Part shown: positions 9,438 through 18,458 of the stretch, one piece after another
Position numbering within the stretch: the first letter of the stretch is position 1
How the letters are laid out: each line of letters begins with the position of its first letter
Assembly: GCA_963667175.2 (NCBI GenBank)
Contig: CAXXXF010000003.1
Location: forward strand, 416,001 to 480,000
DNA length: 64,000 nucleotides
Direction of reading: 5' to 3'
Source of the DNA: Candidatus Latescibacterota bacterium
Lineage (GTDB): Bacteria; Latescibacterota; UBA2968; GCA-2709665
Program-made: the position numbers and the translations under genes
Notes under the pieces: generated by a model
The model's input: the letters and a program-made list of their open reading frames with translations, nothing else
Told to the model about the DNA's origin: nothing
Database searches by the model: none

Positions 9438-10172
9438 ATGAAGTCACACAAATTCACAGATTACACATACCTGGAAATCCTGGATCTTGTTGAGACTGGG
9501 TGCCTGGCGATCGTGCCCACGGGGTGCACCGAGCAACAGGGCCCGCACTTGCCGGTGGATTTCGACACCTGGTTCGCGGAAGCCGTTGCCTTGGAAGCCG
9601 CAAGGCACGCGATGCGATTGCATGGCTTGTGTGCGCTGGTTCTTCCGGCCACGCCATTCGGTCCTGTGTCCGAACATCGGGGATTCGGTTCGGGCTACGT
9701 AAACATCCCACACCCGTTGCACGAAGAATGTGTCTACAATGTCCTGGAGTCACTGGCAGAGCAGGGCTTCCACACTATTGTCGTGTGGCGCGGCTGCGGC
9801 GAGCATCGACTTCAGGATGCGGTGGATCGGTTCAACGCGAGATTCAATCCGGGTTTCAGAGCTTTCCTCCCACCACTCCCGTATCACGACATTTGGCGCC
9901 GTGTAGCTGATCCCGAAGTGCCAGGCGGTCACGCCGACAGTTTTACCACCTCGATTGCCCTGTATAAACGCCCGGCTACGGTCAGACTCGAATGCATCCC
10001 TGCGTCCACTTCACGGGAAGTCAATTGGAACGATCCGCATCTCGATTTTACGAAATATTCGGAAACCGGCGTCATCGGCGATGCAACAAGGGCGAGTGCC
10101 GAGTTGGGGCGCAAGCTGTGGCACGAGGTCGTCTCGACGACGGCAGCGATATTGAGGGATGCTTCGGCATAG
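9438..10172 (+). CDS. Creatininase/MftE-family amidohydrolase
   Basis: IVPTGCTEQQGPHLPVDFD, SEHRGF, GGHADSFTTS, GVIGDATRASAELG. Confidence 0.85.
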   Translation: MKSHKFTDYTYLEILDLVETGCLAIVPTGCTEQQGPHLPVDFDTWFAEAVALEAARHAMRLHGLCALVLPATPFGPVSEHRGFGSGYVNIPHPLHEECVYNVLESLAEQGFHTIVVWRGCGEHRLQDAVDRFNARFNPGFRAFLPPLPYHDIWRRVADPEVPGGHADSFTTSIALYKRPATVRLECIPASTSREVNWNDPHLDFTKYSETGVIGDATRASAELGRKLWHEVVSTTAAILRDASA

Positions 10173-10258
10173 TAACACGCTGTGTCATTTCAGAAGCCGA
10201 ATCCTTCGTCATCTTCAGCGGGAATAAGATAACAATAAGCCCAGGAGGGATAAGACCA

Positions 10259-12376
10259 TTGCGACCATTCACCGTCGATGACTTGCTGAACGTCACCCAG
10301 TTTGCCAGTCGTTGTCCGTGGGATCTATCGCCTGACGGCGGATTGCTCGCTGTGACGCTGAGTCAGGGGAAGCGTCGCGTCCCGTACGACGCCAATTATG
10401 CTGGAGAGAACGGCGCATATATTGTTCTAATAGACGTTGAAACAGGCGAGTCCATCGAGCCGTTTTCCGATCTGCAAATGAGCTGGGCAGGGCGCTGGTC
10501 TCCTGACGGACAGACGCTTGCCGCATACGTCGTCGCGCATGATGATCACGCTCTTGTAGGACTGTGGAACAGAAAGACACGTGAAGTTTCTATTGTAACC
10601 AACGTTTTGATTCCTCGGGGTACTTACTTTAACGTCCCTCAATGGACTCCCGACGGCCAGCGCATCATTGTGCCGCTGATCCCTGATGACCGTGACTCTG
10701 CTACATCTCCAGGTATTATTGTGCAATCTTACATTCCGGGGCAGGCAGTCCCAGACCAGTATAGCCCATTCCTCGAGCAGCCCGACGTTGAAGAGTGCAT
10801 CGGTGTTTTGGAGGTAAACTCAGGCATTGTCACTGAATTTGCGCACGGTATCGAGTCACGCGCCCTGCGCATGGCTCCTGATGGACAAGCTTTAGCAACT
10901 CTCAATGTAATTGCAGATCCGGTAGATCGACCTCACGTGATAGCCGACTTGAATATCGTCCCGTTTGACGGTCGCGAGCCTTATACGGTCGCCACGAACG
11001 TACCGGTCAACACTTGCGCCTGTCGTTTCTCGTGGTCGCCGGATTGCCAGACAATTTCCTATTTCTCCGGCGGAAAGTGGGGAGACCCTCAACATCTCTA
11101 TTGCGTACCTGCGGACGGATCAACCGAGCCGACAAAGATGACAAGAATCACTTCGTCCTTAGGTAACTATCAGATGCCCTGGTGGACCGATGACGGCACG
11201 CGCATCATGTGGCTCCAGGATAGGTGTTTGTGTTGCTCGGCAATTGAGGACGGTACGTGTCGCCAGCTATCGAAGGATTCGACGGGCAATCATCTGAGGA
11301 TAAATGTGATTGCACAACGGCACGGAGAATCAGTCCTTCATACGGATGATCGGGGCAATATTCTTGCCGACGCCACTGACACACGTGAAGGCTCGAAATA
11401 CATCGTCCGCATCCACTCAGTTTCCGGCGAAATGACCAGAGTCTGTCCCACGCCGCATTCAAGTCCTGATGAATTCACTCTGATGGCATCAGGACGTTGT
11501 GTTTTTGCTCGCGGCAGAGTCGAGTTTGACGAGACGGTACATGCGTACGGTCTCGAAAGTGGGGAGGCAGAGACAATACTTGAGGCCAATCCCTGGCGTC
11601 TCGATGTGGCTCAACCGGTGCGCAAGACCATCGAGTTCAAGGATGCGAATGGTCGTGAACAGGAGGCGGCTCTTTTCCTTCCCAATAACGCTCCGGCGGA
11701 AGGCCGACTGCCCATGGTTGTTACCATCTATCCCGGCAGTGATTTTTCAAACAGAAACAGGTATCACTCGGAAGCGCAACTACTCACCAGCGCAGGCTAC
11801 GCGGGACTGTATCCGGACTCGATTATGGAGGACCATAACCCGATTGATCAGATCGTAGGCGTAACAATACCTGCCGTTGATCGCGCCATAGAAATGGGTA
11901 TTGCCGACAGAAATCGAATCGGAGTCTGGGGTCACAGCTATGGTGCTTACGGTGTCATGGCTTTGGTCGTGCGCACAAGGGCTTTCCGAGCCGCGGTTGC
12001 CAATGCGCCGTTTGGAATAAACATGACCAGCACTTACGTTATCGATAGATATAGAATGGGGTGGTGCGAGGGGAAGCAAGCACGAAATGGAGGAAGTCTC
12101 TGGGAGAAAAGAGATGCCTATATCAAGAACTCGCCGCTCTTTGCTTTCGACCAGGTCGACGCGCCGGTGTTGGTGATATGCGGGACCCGTGACGTGCCAG
12201 GATCGGTGAATGCGCAGGAGACATTCCTGGGTCTCAGCAGACTTGGCAAACGAGTGGAAATGCGAGAATACAAACGTGAGAGTCATCTTATGACTGATTG
12301 GTCGGCTGAGGATACCAGGGACTATTACGAAAGCGTGCTCAACTGGTTCGATCAATACCTTCAGGAGGAGCAATAA
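10259..12376 (+). CDS. S9 prolyl-oligopeptidase-family serine peptidase with beta-propeller
   Basis: Repeated WSPDG propeller motifs; nucleophile GVWGHSYGA; GGAGG RBS before TTG 10259. Confidence 0.88.
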   Translation: MRPFTVDDLLNVTQFASRCPWDLSPDGGLLAVTLSQGKRRVPYDANYAGENGAYIVLIDVETGESIEPFSDLQMSWAGRWSPDGQTLAAYVVAHDDHALVGLWNRKTREVSIVTNVLIPRGTYFNVPQWTPDGQRIIVPLIPDDRDSATSPGIIVQSYIPGQAVPDQYSPFLEQPDVEECIGVLEVNSGIVTEFAHGIESRALRMAPDGQALATLNVIADPVDRPHVIADLNIVPFDGREPYTVATNVPVNTCACRFSWSPDCQTISYFSGGKWGDPQHLYCVPADGSTEPTKMTRITSSLGNYQMPWWTDDGTRIMWLQDRCLCCSAIEDGTCRQLSKDSTGNHLRINVIAQRHGESVLHTDDRGNILADATDTREGSKYIVRIHSVSGEMTRVCPTPHSSPDEFTLMASGRCVFARGRVEFDETVHAYGLESGEAETILEANPWRLDVAQPVRKTIEFKDANGREQEAALFLPNNAPAEGRLPMVVTIYPGSDFSNRNRYHSEAQLLTSAGYAGLYPDSIMEDHNPIDQIVGVTIPAVDRAIEMGIADRNRIGVWGHSYGAYGVMALVVRTRAFRAAVANAPFGINMTSTYVIDRYRMGWCEGKQARNGGSLWEKRDAYIKNSPLFAFDQVDAPVLVICGTRDVPGSVNAQETFLGLSRLGKRVEMREYKRESHLMTDWSAEDTRDYYESVLNWFDQYLQEEQ

Positions 12377-12534
12377 AACCTGCCTCGTCACATCCCGATT
12401 TTCGGGTTTCGAGACAGCAATAGCCGCACAGTCTGGATCAGCGGTCGATTTGCACCGTATTAGACCTTACAGTAAGACTTCAACGCAAAATGCGCGCATG
12501 TCTATTCGGGCAGTTTGCTCACGTTACTGCGTTG

Positions 12535-12700
12535 GAATCCCCCCACCGCATCAGCCGTCGCCTGCCCTTCGACAGGCTCAGGGAACAGGCTCGGCTTCTG
12601 CGACTCCCCCTCAAGGGGGGAGTGATTGCGACGTCAAACGGGCTCAGAAGTTCACTTCAGTCTATTTGGTTGCGGCTGAGCGTAGCGAAGCCGCGTTAGG
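12535..12700. repeat. Compound intergenic palindrome cluster
   Basis: CCTGCCCTTCGACAGGCTCAGGGAACAGG (12561-12589), ACTCCCCCTCAAGGGGGGAGT hairpin (12603-12623), TTGGTTGCGGC...GCCGCGTTAGG (12666-12700). Confidence 0.65.
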
Positions 12701-12716
12701 CCTGGAGTCCGATAAA

Positions 12717-13571
12717 ATGGCTACCTGTGAATCAATCGTCCGAGACGTCCTTGATGAGCCGGTCGTGTCGCTGGTGCGGGAGGATGGCGGCTGGACGAAT
12801 GTCGTCCTGGAGGTCAACGGGAAATGGATATTTCGTTTCGTTCGAGATTTCGCGTGTACGCAGCTTGCCGTCGAGAAGGCATTTCTGCCTGACTTCAAGG
12901 AGTTCTCGCCTCTTCCGATTCCCGAAATACGCTATTCGGGCGCCGGTTTCATTGGCTACCAGAAGATCGAGGGTGTCAAGTTTTCGGAGTCCGTTTTCCG
13001 GAGTCTCGTCGCGAGTGAGAGGACAGCGCTTGCAACGTCTCTGGGCGGTTTCCTCTCCAACCTCCACGCCGTTTCTTTCGAACACCCTCACCTCAAGGCA
13101 ACCCCATACGGCGGCGGGGATTTCTGGCGGGAGTTGTGGCCGTCGGTGGCGCCGCGCCTCCGGGACGACATTCGCCAGAAAGCTCATGGCTACTTCCGGC
13201 AGGCAATTCCAAGAGTAGAATCCGCCGCATATCGGGACGCCGTCACACATTCGGACTTTGGTACGAGCAATGTCCTGATCGATGCGGCGCGCTCGAGAAT
13301 CGCCGGTGTGATTGACTTCGGCGACATTAGCACCGGCGATCCGGCGGCAGATTTCGCGACCTTCTATCGCAGGTTCGGGAAGCCGTTTGCCGAGAATATG
13401 GCCGAGGCCTACCGGTTGCCGCTGGGGGACGATTTTTGGGTGAGGGTGGACTATGAGTCGAAACGAAAGCTCTTTTTCGTTTTCTTCTTTGCCCTGAATC
13501 ACGGCTTCGAGCAGCACGTGCCCGGCATTGTCCGCGAGATTGAATCTCTGTTCGCCGATGGATCGGTTTGA
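12717..13571 (+). CDS. Aminoglycoside phosphotransferase (APH/choline kinase-like) family protein
   Basis: GGWTNVVLEVNGKWIFRF, HSDFGTSNVL, GVIDFGD...GDPAADFA. Confidence 0.88.
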   Translation: MATCESIVRDVLDEPVVSLVREDGGWTNVVLEVNGKWIFRFVRDFACTQLAVEKAFLPDFKEFSPLPIPEIRYSGAGFIGYQKIEGVKFSESVFRSLVASERTALATSLGGFLSNLHAVSFEHPHLKATPYGGGDFWRELWPSVAPRLRDDIRQKAHGYFRQAIPRVESAAYRDAVTHSDFGTSNVLIDAARSRIAGVIDFGDISTGDPAADFATFYRRFGKPFAENMAEAYRLPLGDDFWVRVDYESKRKLFFVFFFALNHGFEQHVPGIVREIESLFADGSV

Positions 13572-13596
13572 CACCTACAGTGTTCCTCGATCCTGC

Positions 13597-13622
13597 GTGG
13601 GGGCAACCCTTGTGGTTGCCCT
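13597..13622. repeat. REP element (same family as 9329)
   Basis: GTGGGGGCAACCCTTGTGGTTGCCCT, one mismatch to the 9329 copy. Confidence 0.8.
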
Positions 13623-13685
13623 GGGTTTGGCGGCTGCTCCTGGCGACATTGCCGATATTCGTCACAGATTATTCGAGGTTCTGAC

Positions 13686-14237
13686 ATGCTACCCGATCTC
13701 ATCGAGACAGACCGGCTGAAACTCCGGCCGTACAGCTTCGAGGACGTCGAAGACGTTCTGTCGTACGCGACAGACTCGAAATGGGCGCTCTATGTGCCTG
13801 TACCGCAACCCTATACCAGAGCGGATGCGGAGGAATTCCTGGCGCGCCAGGTGTCGCAGGACAGCAATGAACGCGTTTCATGGGCGATAGAATGCGCCGG
13901 ATCTGCGGTGGGCGGCGCGAATATCGGGTTCGACTTCAAGAACCGCGTTGGCGCAATCGGCTACAGCATCGCCCGGCGTCTATGGGGAAGGGGGCTAGCC
14001 ACGGAAGCCGCCGGCGCCGTGATCGACCATGCGTTTGCCGCATTTCCCGATCTGAATCGTATCCGGGCGTCGGCCGACGAGCGGAACGTCGGTTCCCTGC
14101 GCGTCATGGAAAAACTCGGTATGATCCGTGAAGGCCTCCTGCGACAGGACCAATATCTACGGGGAGAATTCAGAAACACGGTGTGGTGCGGTCTGTTGCG
14201 GTGTGAATGGGAAGCAAGCAGATACCGGACGAAGTGA
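13686..14237 (+). CDS. RimJ/RimL-type GNAT acetyltransferase
   Basis: IETDRLKLRP, IGYSIARRLWGRGLATEA, NVGSLRVMEKLGM.REG. Confidence 0.9.
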   Translation: MLPDLIETDRLKLRPYSFEDVEDVLSYATDSKWALYVPVPQPYTRADAEEFLARQVSQDSNERVSWAIECAGSAVGGANIGFDFKNRVGAIGYSIARRLWGRGLATEAAGAVIDHAFAAFPDLNRIRASADERNVGSLRVMEKLGMIREGLLRQDQYLRGEFRNTVWCGLLRCEWEASRYRTK

Positions 14238-14306
14238 TGTGCGAATCAGCCCGACGAAACAGGCAGCGGTTCAGCTGCCCGGTTCAATCTGGAACGATCG
14301 ACATCA

Positions 14307-14356
14307 GTTACGAAAATTGGTTTAATTTTCCTTTGGATTTCGTAACATACTTGTTA
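14307..14356 (+). promoter_or_regulatory. Probable antitoxin operator palindromes in the TA promoter
   Basis: GTTACGAAA...TTTCGTAAC inverted repeat (14307-14346) and TAACA-TACT-TGTTA (14343-14356) in AT-rich DNA just upstream of the toxin. Confidence 0.55.
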
Positions 14357-14366
14357 ACTTTTGGAC

Positions 14367-14726
14367 ATGAGAGAAATCATATTTAACCGCACACAATCAG
14401 GACGTTGCCCTGTCGAACGGTTCCTGGACTCTCTTAGTGCGAAGCAAAGCGCAAAAGTCACCTGGACATTGGCACTCATTGAGGAACTGCAGTTCGTTCC
14501 GCAGAGATACTTCAGGAAACTGGTCGATACGGACGACATCTGGGAGGTCAGGGTAATCATTGGAGAAGGTTCGTTCAGATTTCTGTCCTTTTTCGACGGC
14601 CCCAACCTGGTGGTTCTCGGCCACGCATTTTCCAAGAAGTCACATGAGACTCGAAGATCTGACATCCGTCTGGCAGAACAGAGGAAAAAGGATTACTTCA
14701 GGAGGAAACGCCATGAGCGATCTTAA
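14367..14726 (+). CDS. Type II toxin, RelE/ParE (HigB-like) family
   Basis: GRCPVERFLDSL, IWEVRV, FRFLSFF, LGHAFSKKS..T; toxin-first arrangement. Confidence 0.88.
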   Translation: MREIIFNRTQSGRCPVERFLDSLSAKQSAKVTWTLALIEELQFVPQRYFRKLVDTDDIWEVRVIIGEGSFRFLSFFDGPNLVVLGHAFSKKSHETRRSDIRLAEQRKKDYFRRKRHERS

Positions 14727-14988
14727 GAAATACGTTGAGAAACGCAAAGCAAGAGATCCGGAATTCGCCGAGAATTACGAAAGCGGATATCTGGAATTCA
14801 AGATCGGTGTCTTGCTCCGGGAAGCCCGAAAAGAGGCCGGTCTGACCCAGGAGGACGTAGCAAAAAAGCTGAACACCCGGAGATCCGCGATATCAAGAAT
14901 GGAAAACCACGCGCAGGACATCAGGCTGTCGACTTTGCGCAAGTACGCCGAAGCGATCGGAAGGAAGTTGCACTTTTCGGTAGGGTAG
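14713..14988 (+). CDS. XRE/HTH antitoxin (HigA-like)
   Basis: LREARKEAGLTQEDVAKKLNTRRSAISRMEN HTH; AGGAGG RBS; overlaps the toxin. Confidence 0.88.
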   Translation: MSDLKKYVEKRKARDPEFAENYESGYLEFKIGVLLREARKEAGLTQEDVAKKLNTRRSAISRMENHAQDIRLSTLRKYAEAIGRKLHFSVG

Positions 14989-15045
14989 AACGGTGATGCG
15001 CAACCTGAAGCGGATCCCGAACCGCTCTCCGACTGCGCACTTTGA

Positions 15046-15083
15046 GCATTCGATCCCTGAGCTTGTCGAACGGTGTCGAATGC
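15046..15083. repeat. Palindromic element containing CCCTGAGCTTGTCGAA
   Basis: GCATTCGA...TCGAATGC stem enclosing the reverse complement of the TTCGACAxGCTCAGGG motif also seen near 12565. Confidence 0.55.
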
Positions 15084-15129
15084 TATGAGTCAACTCGGTT
15101 TGGAATGACATAACGGAGGACCCCAGATA

Positions 15130-15858
15130 ATGACCGAACGGACCGACAAACCGCTTGCTGGAAAGGGCGCTGTGATTACGGGCGCCGGGCGCGGGATCGG
15201 CCGGGCCATTGCGCTGGGCTACGCCCGGGCGGGCGCATCGGTCTGCTGCGCGGCGAGGACCGGAAGCGAGATCGAGGAAACCGTACAGGAGATCCGGGGA
15301 GAGGGCGGAAACGCGGTCGCGTTTCGTGCTGACGTATCGGAATGGGCCGATGTCCAGGCGATGTTCGATTTTGCGGAATCGCAGCTTTCGGGAATTGACA
15401 TTGCAGTCCTCAATGCCGGGGTGAACGTCGACCATGGCTCCGTCGAGTGCGGCGATCCGGGGGCCTGGGAGGAGACCATTCGCATCAATCTCATCGGGGC
15501 CTACTATTGCGCCCGGGCGGCGATTCCGGCATTGAAGAAGCGTGGCGGCGGAAAGATCATCACCATCGGCTCCGGTATGGGCCACAAGGGATTCGCAGAG
15601 AGCTCGGCCTACTGCTGTTCCAAGGCGGGCCTCTGGATGTTGACGCGCGTTCTCGCGCAGGAACTCCGGCAGCACAACGTCAGCGTGAACGAACTCATTC
15701 CGGGACCGGTACGAACGGATATGGACGCGGTTCTCCACGTCGAGGGCGAGTGGTTCAAGTCACCCGAAGAGGTTGTGCCGATGGCGCTTTTCCTGGCGAC
15801 GCAGCCCGACGTCGGACCCACCGCGCAGAGCTACAGCCTGATGCGGCGGGATAACTGA
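15130..15858 (+). CDS. SDR-family NAD(P)-dependent oxidoreductase
   Basis: TGAGRGIG, LNAG, YCCSK catalytic motif. Confidence 0.92.
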   Translation: MTERTDKPLAGKGAVITGAGRGIGRAIALGYARAGASVCCAARTGSEIEETVQEIRGEGGNAVAFRADVSEWADVQAMFDFAESQLSGIDIAVLNAGVNVDHGSVECGDPGAWEETIRINLIGAYYCARAAIPALKKRGGGKIITIGSGMGHKGFAESSAYCCSKAGLWMLTRVLAQELRQHNVSVNELIPGPVRTDMDAVLHVEGEWFKSPEEVVPMALFLATQPDVGPTAQSYSLMRRDN

Positions 15859-16877
15859 TGGGCGCGGAACTGGCCTCGATGAAGGATATCCGGGCCCTAT
15901 TCCACGATAAGCCAGATGTCTCGCGGTCCCGGATCGACGCGCTCCTCGAGAAACACGGCTTCAGTTCGTCCCGGTCTTTCAGACGTCAGGAAGCGACGAA
16001 TTTCACCAACCAGATATTCCTGGCGAATACCCTGCACCACGGTCGCATCATCCTGAAGACACAATTCCGGCAGACCTCCGGTTTCAGTCTGAAAAACGAG
16101 TTCATCGCCACGCGGGCGCTGCAAGCCGTACCTGATGTTCCCGTGTCCGAGTCCCTTGTGTACGACGGCGACGGGAATCCGCTTCCTTTTGAGTGTCTCC
16201 TGGTCCCTCGCGAGCAGGGCGAGTCGGGTCTCAGCCATTACAGGGGCGCGTCCAGGGCGCAACGAGTTCGGACCGGCTGCCTGCTGGGAGAGACGCTGGC
16301 GCGCGTGCACAACCAGCGATGTCCGGAACCGCTTCAAGCCGAGAATGCGAGGGACCTGGCGTGTTGGGAGGGGAAGGTCCGGGACGCGCTGTTCGGAGAC
16401 GAGGCGCTGGCTTCTTCGATTGAGGCGATACTGCCCGAACTATGGAGCAGGCTGCTGGCCGCGATGGATCCCGCGCCCGAAGTCAGGATACGCGGCGGAA
16501 ACGTCTTCCTGTGGGGGGAGCCGGGGCTGCACAACGTGCTCGTGGAGAACGGCGGTTCCTTGCGTATCACGAATGTCCACGACTTCCAGTCGACCGGATG
16601 GGGAACGGCGGTCCACGACCTGCGGCAGGTGGAAGGCGAAGTCGCGGCCAGGCCGGGTTCAGCTCACTATGAACCCGGATACGTCGAGGCGTTTCGATCT
16701 TCCTACCGGGCCGCCATCGAAATACCGGTCGCGCCGCTGTCGGCCGAAGAGGAAAAGCTGCTTGCAATTGTCAAGAACATCCGCGGGATCAGGTTCTTCT
16801 GGGACTGCGGCCGTCTGCTCCACCCGAGGACGCCAGATTTCCTGGGCGCGGCGGTAAGCGATCTGGAGGGTCTCTAA
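15858..16877 (+). CDS. APH/phosphotransferase-like protein (degenerate catalytic loop)
   Basis: GETLARVH, LWGEPGLHNVLV, VHDFQSTGWG...HDL align to APH HGD..N / DF motifs; translationally coupled to the SDR. Confidence 0.65.
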   Translation: MGAELASMKDIRALFHDKPDVSRSRIDALLEKHGFSSSRSFRRQEATNFTNQIFLANTLHHGRIILKTQFRQTSGFSLKNEFIATRALQAVPDVPVSESLVYDGDGNPLPFECLLVPREQGESGLSHYRGASRAQRVRTGCLLGETLARVHNQRCPEPLQAENARDLACWEGKVRDALFGDEALASSIEAILPELWSRLLAAMDPAPEVRIRGGNVFLWGEPGLHNVLVENGGSLRITNVHDFQSTGWGTAVHDLRQVEGEVAARPGSAHYEPGYVEAFRSSYRAAIEIPVAPLSAEEEKLLAIVKNIRGIRFFWDCGRLLHPRTPDFLGAAVSDLEGL

Positions 16878-16988
16878 GACACGACGCCCCCACCTGCGCG
16901 CACGGATTGCCGATGTCACATCCAGTCGGGAGCGGTGTGGCTCGGGCGACGTCTTCGCCATTTCGGTCCCGGAGGAACGATCGGAAAG

Positions 16989-17792
16989 ATGTCCGAGTTA
17001 CGGATTGGTCTCGTCTCCATTCCGGTGGATGAGAATGCGCTTTCGCACAATCTCGGTACGGTCAGGTGTGTACTCGAGGAAAGAGCGAATGACGAAGTAG
17101 ACCTGTTCGTCTTCGGCGAAGCGGCATTGACCGGGATGGACGTTGATAACGCGCGGTCCCGTGGCGTCCCGGATACGTCGGAAGCGTTACGGGCCGTCAA
17201 CCGCCTGACGGAGGACTTTTGTACGTCCATATGCACAGGATTCGTTGAGCGGGAAGCTGACCGATATTATCTGACACACTGCCTGTCGTCAGAAGGGAAA
17301 CTTTGCGGCATTCAACGGAAAGTCTTCTCGGGAAACCCGACCCGTCCGCGTATTTTCGCGTCAGGAAAGGAGATTCGCCCGATTCCCTTTTGCGGGTTCC
17401 AGATCGTGATTCTGGCATGCGCGGACTGGATGTTGCCTGAAACCGTGATGGCGGCGGGGCAGCACGTGCCCGACCTGATTCTGGCGCCGACGGATCAGTA
17501 TTTCTGGACGCCTCACAATCGGTCGGTCCTGCACAAAGCCGGTCAATCCGCTTCGTTCTGGCTGCAGGTCCCCCTGGTAGCAGCCTTTGGCTCTACGCCC
17601 ACACCGGGAACCGAATCGGACGAAGTATTCGCCTGCCTCGCGTACGACAACCGGGGAGACGAACTGATCAAAGCGTCGAAGCGCGTCGGCGAAACAGCGG
17701 TTCATACTATTGACGTGAACATTCGGAAACCGCAATGGAAGTGGGGTGGGTTTAAAGATCGAAGGAGGTATATTGAAAATAGCCCGGGATAG
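16989..17792 (+). CDS. Carbon-nitrogen hydrolase (nitrilase superfamily)
   Basis: LFVFGEAALTG (Glu), QRKV (Lys), ILACAD (Cys) triad. Confidence 0.8.
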   Translation: MSELRIGLVSIPVDENALSHNLGTVRCVLEERANDEVDLFVFGEAALTGMDVDNARSRGVPDTSEALRAVNRLTEDFCTSICTGFVEREADRYYLTHCLSSEGKLCGIQRKVFSGNPTRPRIFASGKEIRPIPFCGFQIVILACADWMLPETVMAAGQHVPDLILAPTDQYFWTPHNRSVLHKAGQSASFWLQVPLVAAFGSTPTPGTESDEVFACLAYDNRGDELIKASKRVGETAVHTIDVNIRKPQWKWGGFKDRRRYIENSPG

Positions 17793-17905
17793 TTGCTGAG
17801 ATGAAAGAGCGACCTGAACTACCGACCTAGAGTGGAGATCGTGCGTATTGGTGTACTTCGAACCTATGCGGGAGAGAGCCGTTGGATCCAAACAGGAGAG
17901 CAATC

Positions 17906-18415
17906 ATGAACCGCAAGCGTCTGCTAATTCCTTTTCTCGTTCTCGCCGCCCTTACGTTTCCAAACCCAAATACACTCGAAGCTGAGGAAACGACTTCGGT
18001 CGAAAAGCTCCTTGAGGAAGTTGTAAAGGTCGAAAACGACAAGATGACTATGGAGGAATTCGGGTTGTTATCATTCCCATGGGCGCCTGGAGATAAAACG
18101 CAGCTCAGGTTCTATTCTGAAGCGCCGCGAAGCGGCGTCATCAGCAGGGACAACTTTGTCGCCCTCAACGCTGGGCTACAGACCGCTGTCCTGTTTGGAA
18201 TTGCGATGAAAGTAAAGTCGGCAAAGCGAGCGGACGTTGAGTCCATGAGTATCGACGAAGTTTTCGACCTCGACGATCTTGACGCGCCAATAGGTAACGT
18301 GGACCTTGAAATCAACGTTTACATGAGCAAAGGGGGTCTGCAAATCGAGTTTGTGAACACAAGATCGAACAGCACGGAGCGGAATACGATGACCTGGAAG
18401 GAGATTCTGGAGTAG
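17906..18415 (+). CDS. Secreted hypothetical protein
   Basis: AGGAG RBS; MNRKRLLIPFLVLAAL signal peptide. Confidence 0.65.
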   Translation: MNRKRLLIPFLVLAALTFPNPNTLEAEETTSVEKLLEEVVKVENDKMTMEEFGLLSFPWAPGDKTQLRFYSEAPRSGVISRDNFVALNAGLQTAVLFGIAMKVKSAKRADVESMSIDEVFDLDDLDAPIGNVDLEINVYMSKGGLQIEFVNTRSNSTERNTMTWKEILE

Positions 18416-18458
18416 GTTCTCAAAATATCGAAATGTGATCGACCAAGGAGATTCCTGA

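Noticed and set aside
12666-12700. GCCGCGTTAGGC ending resembling an integron attC R' site
   Set aside because: No matching RYYYAAC just after the upstream stop codon, no repetition between other genes and no integrase; treated as a generic palindrome.
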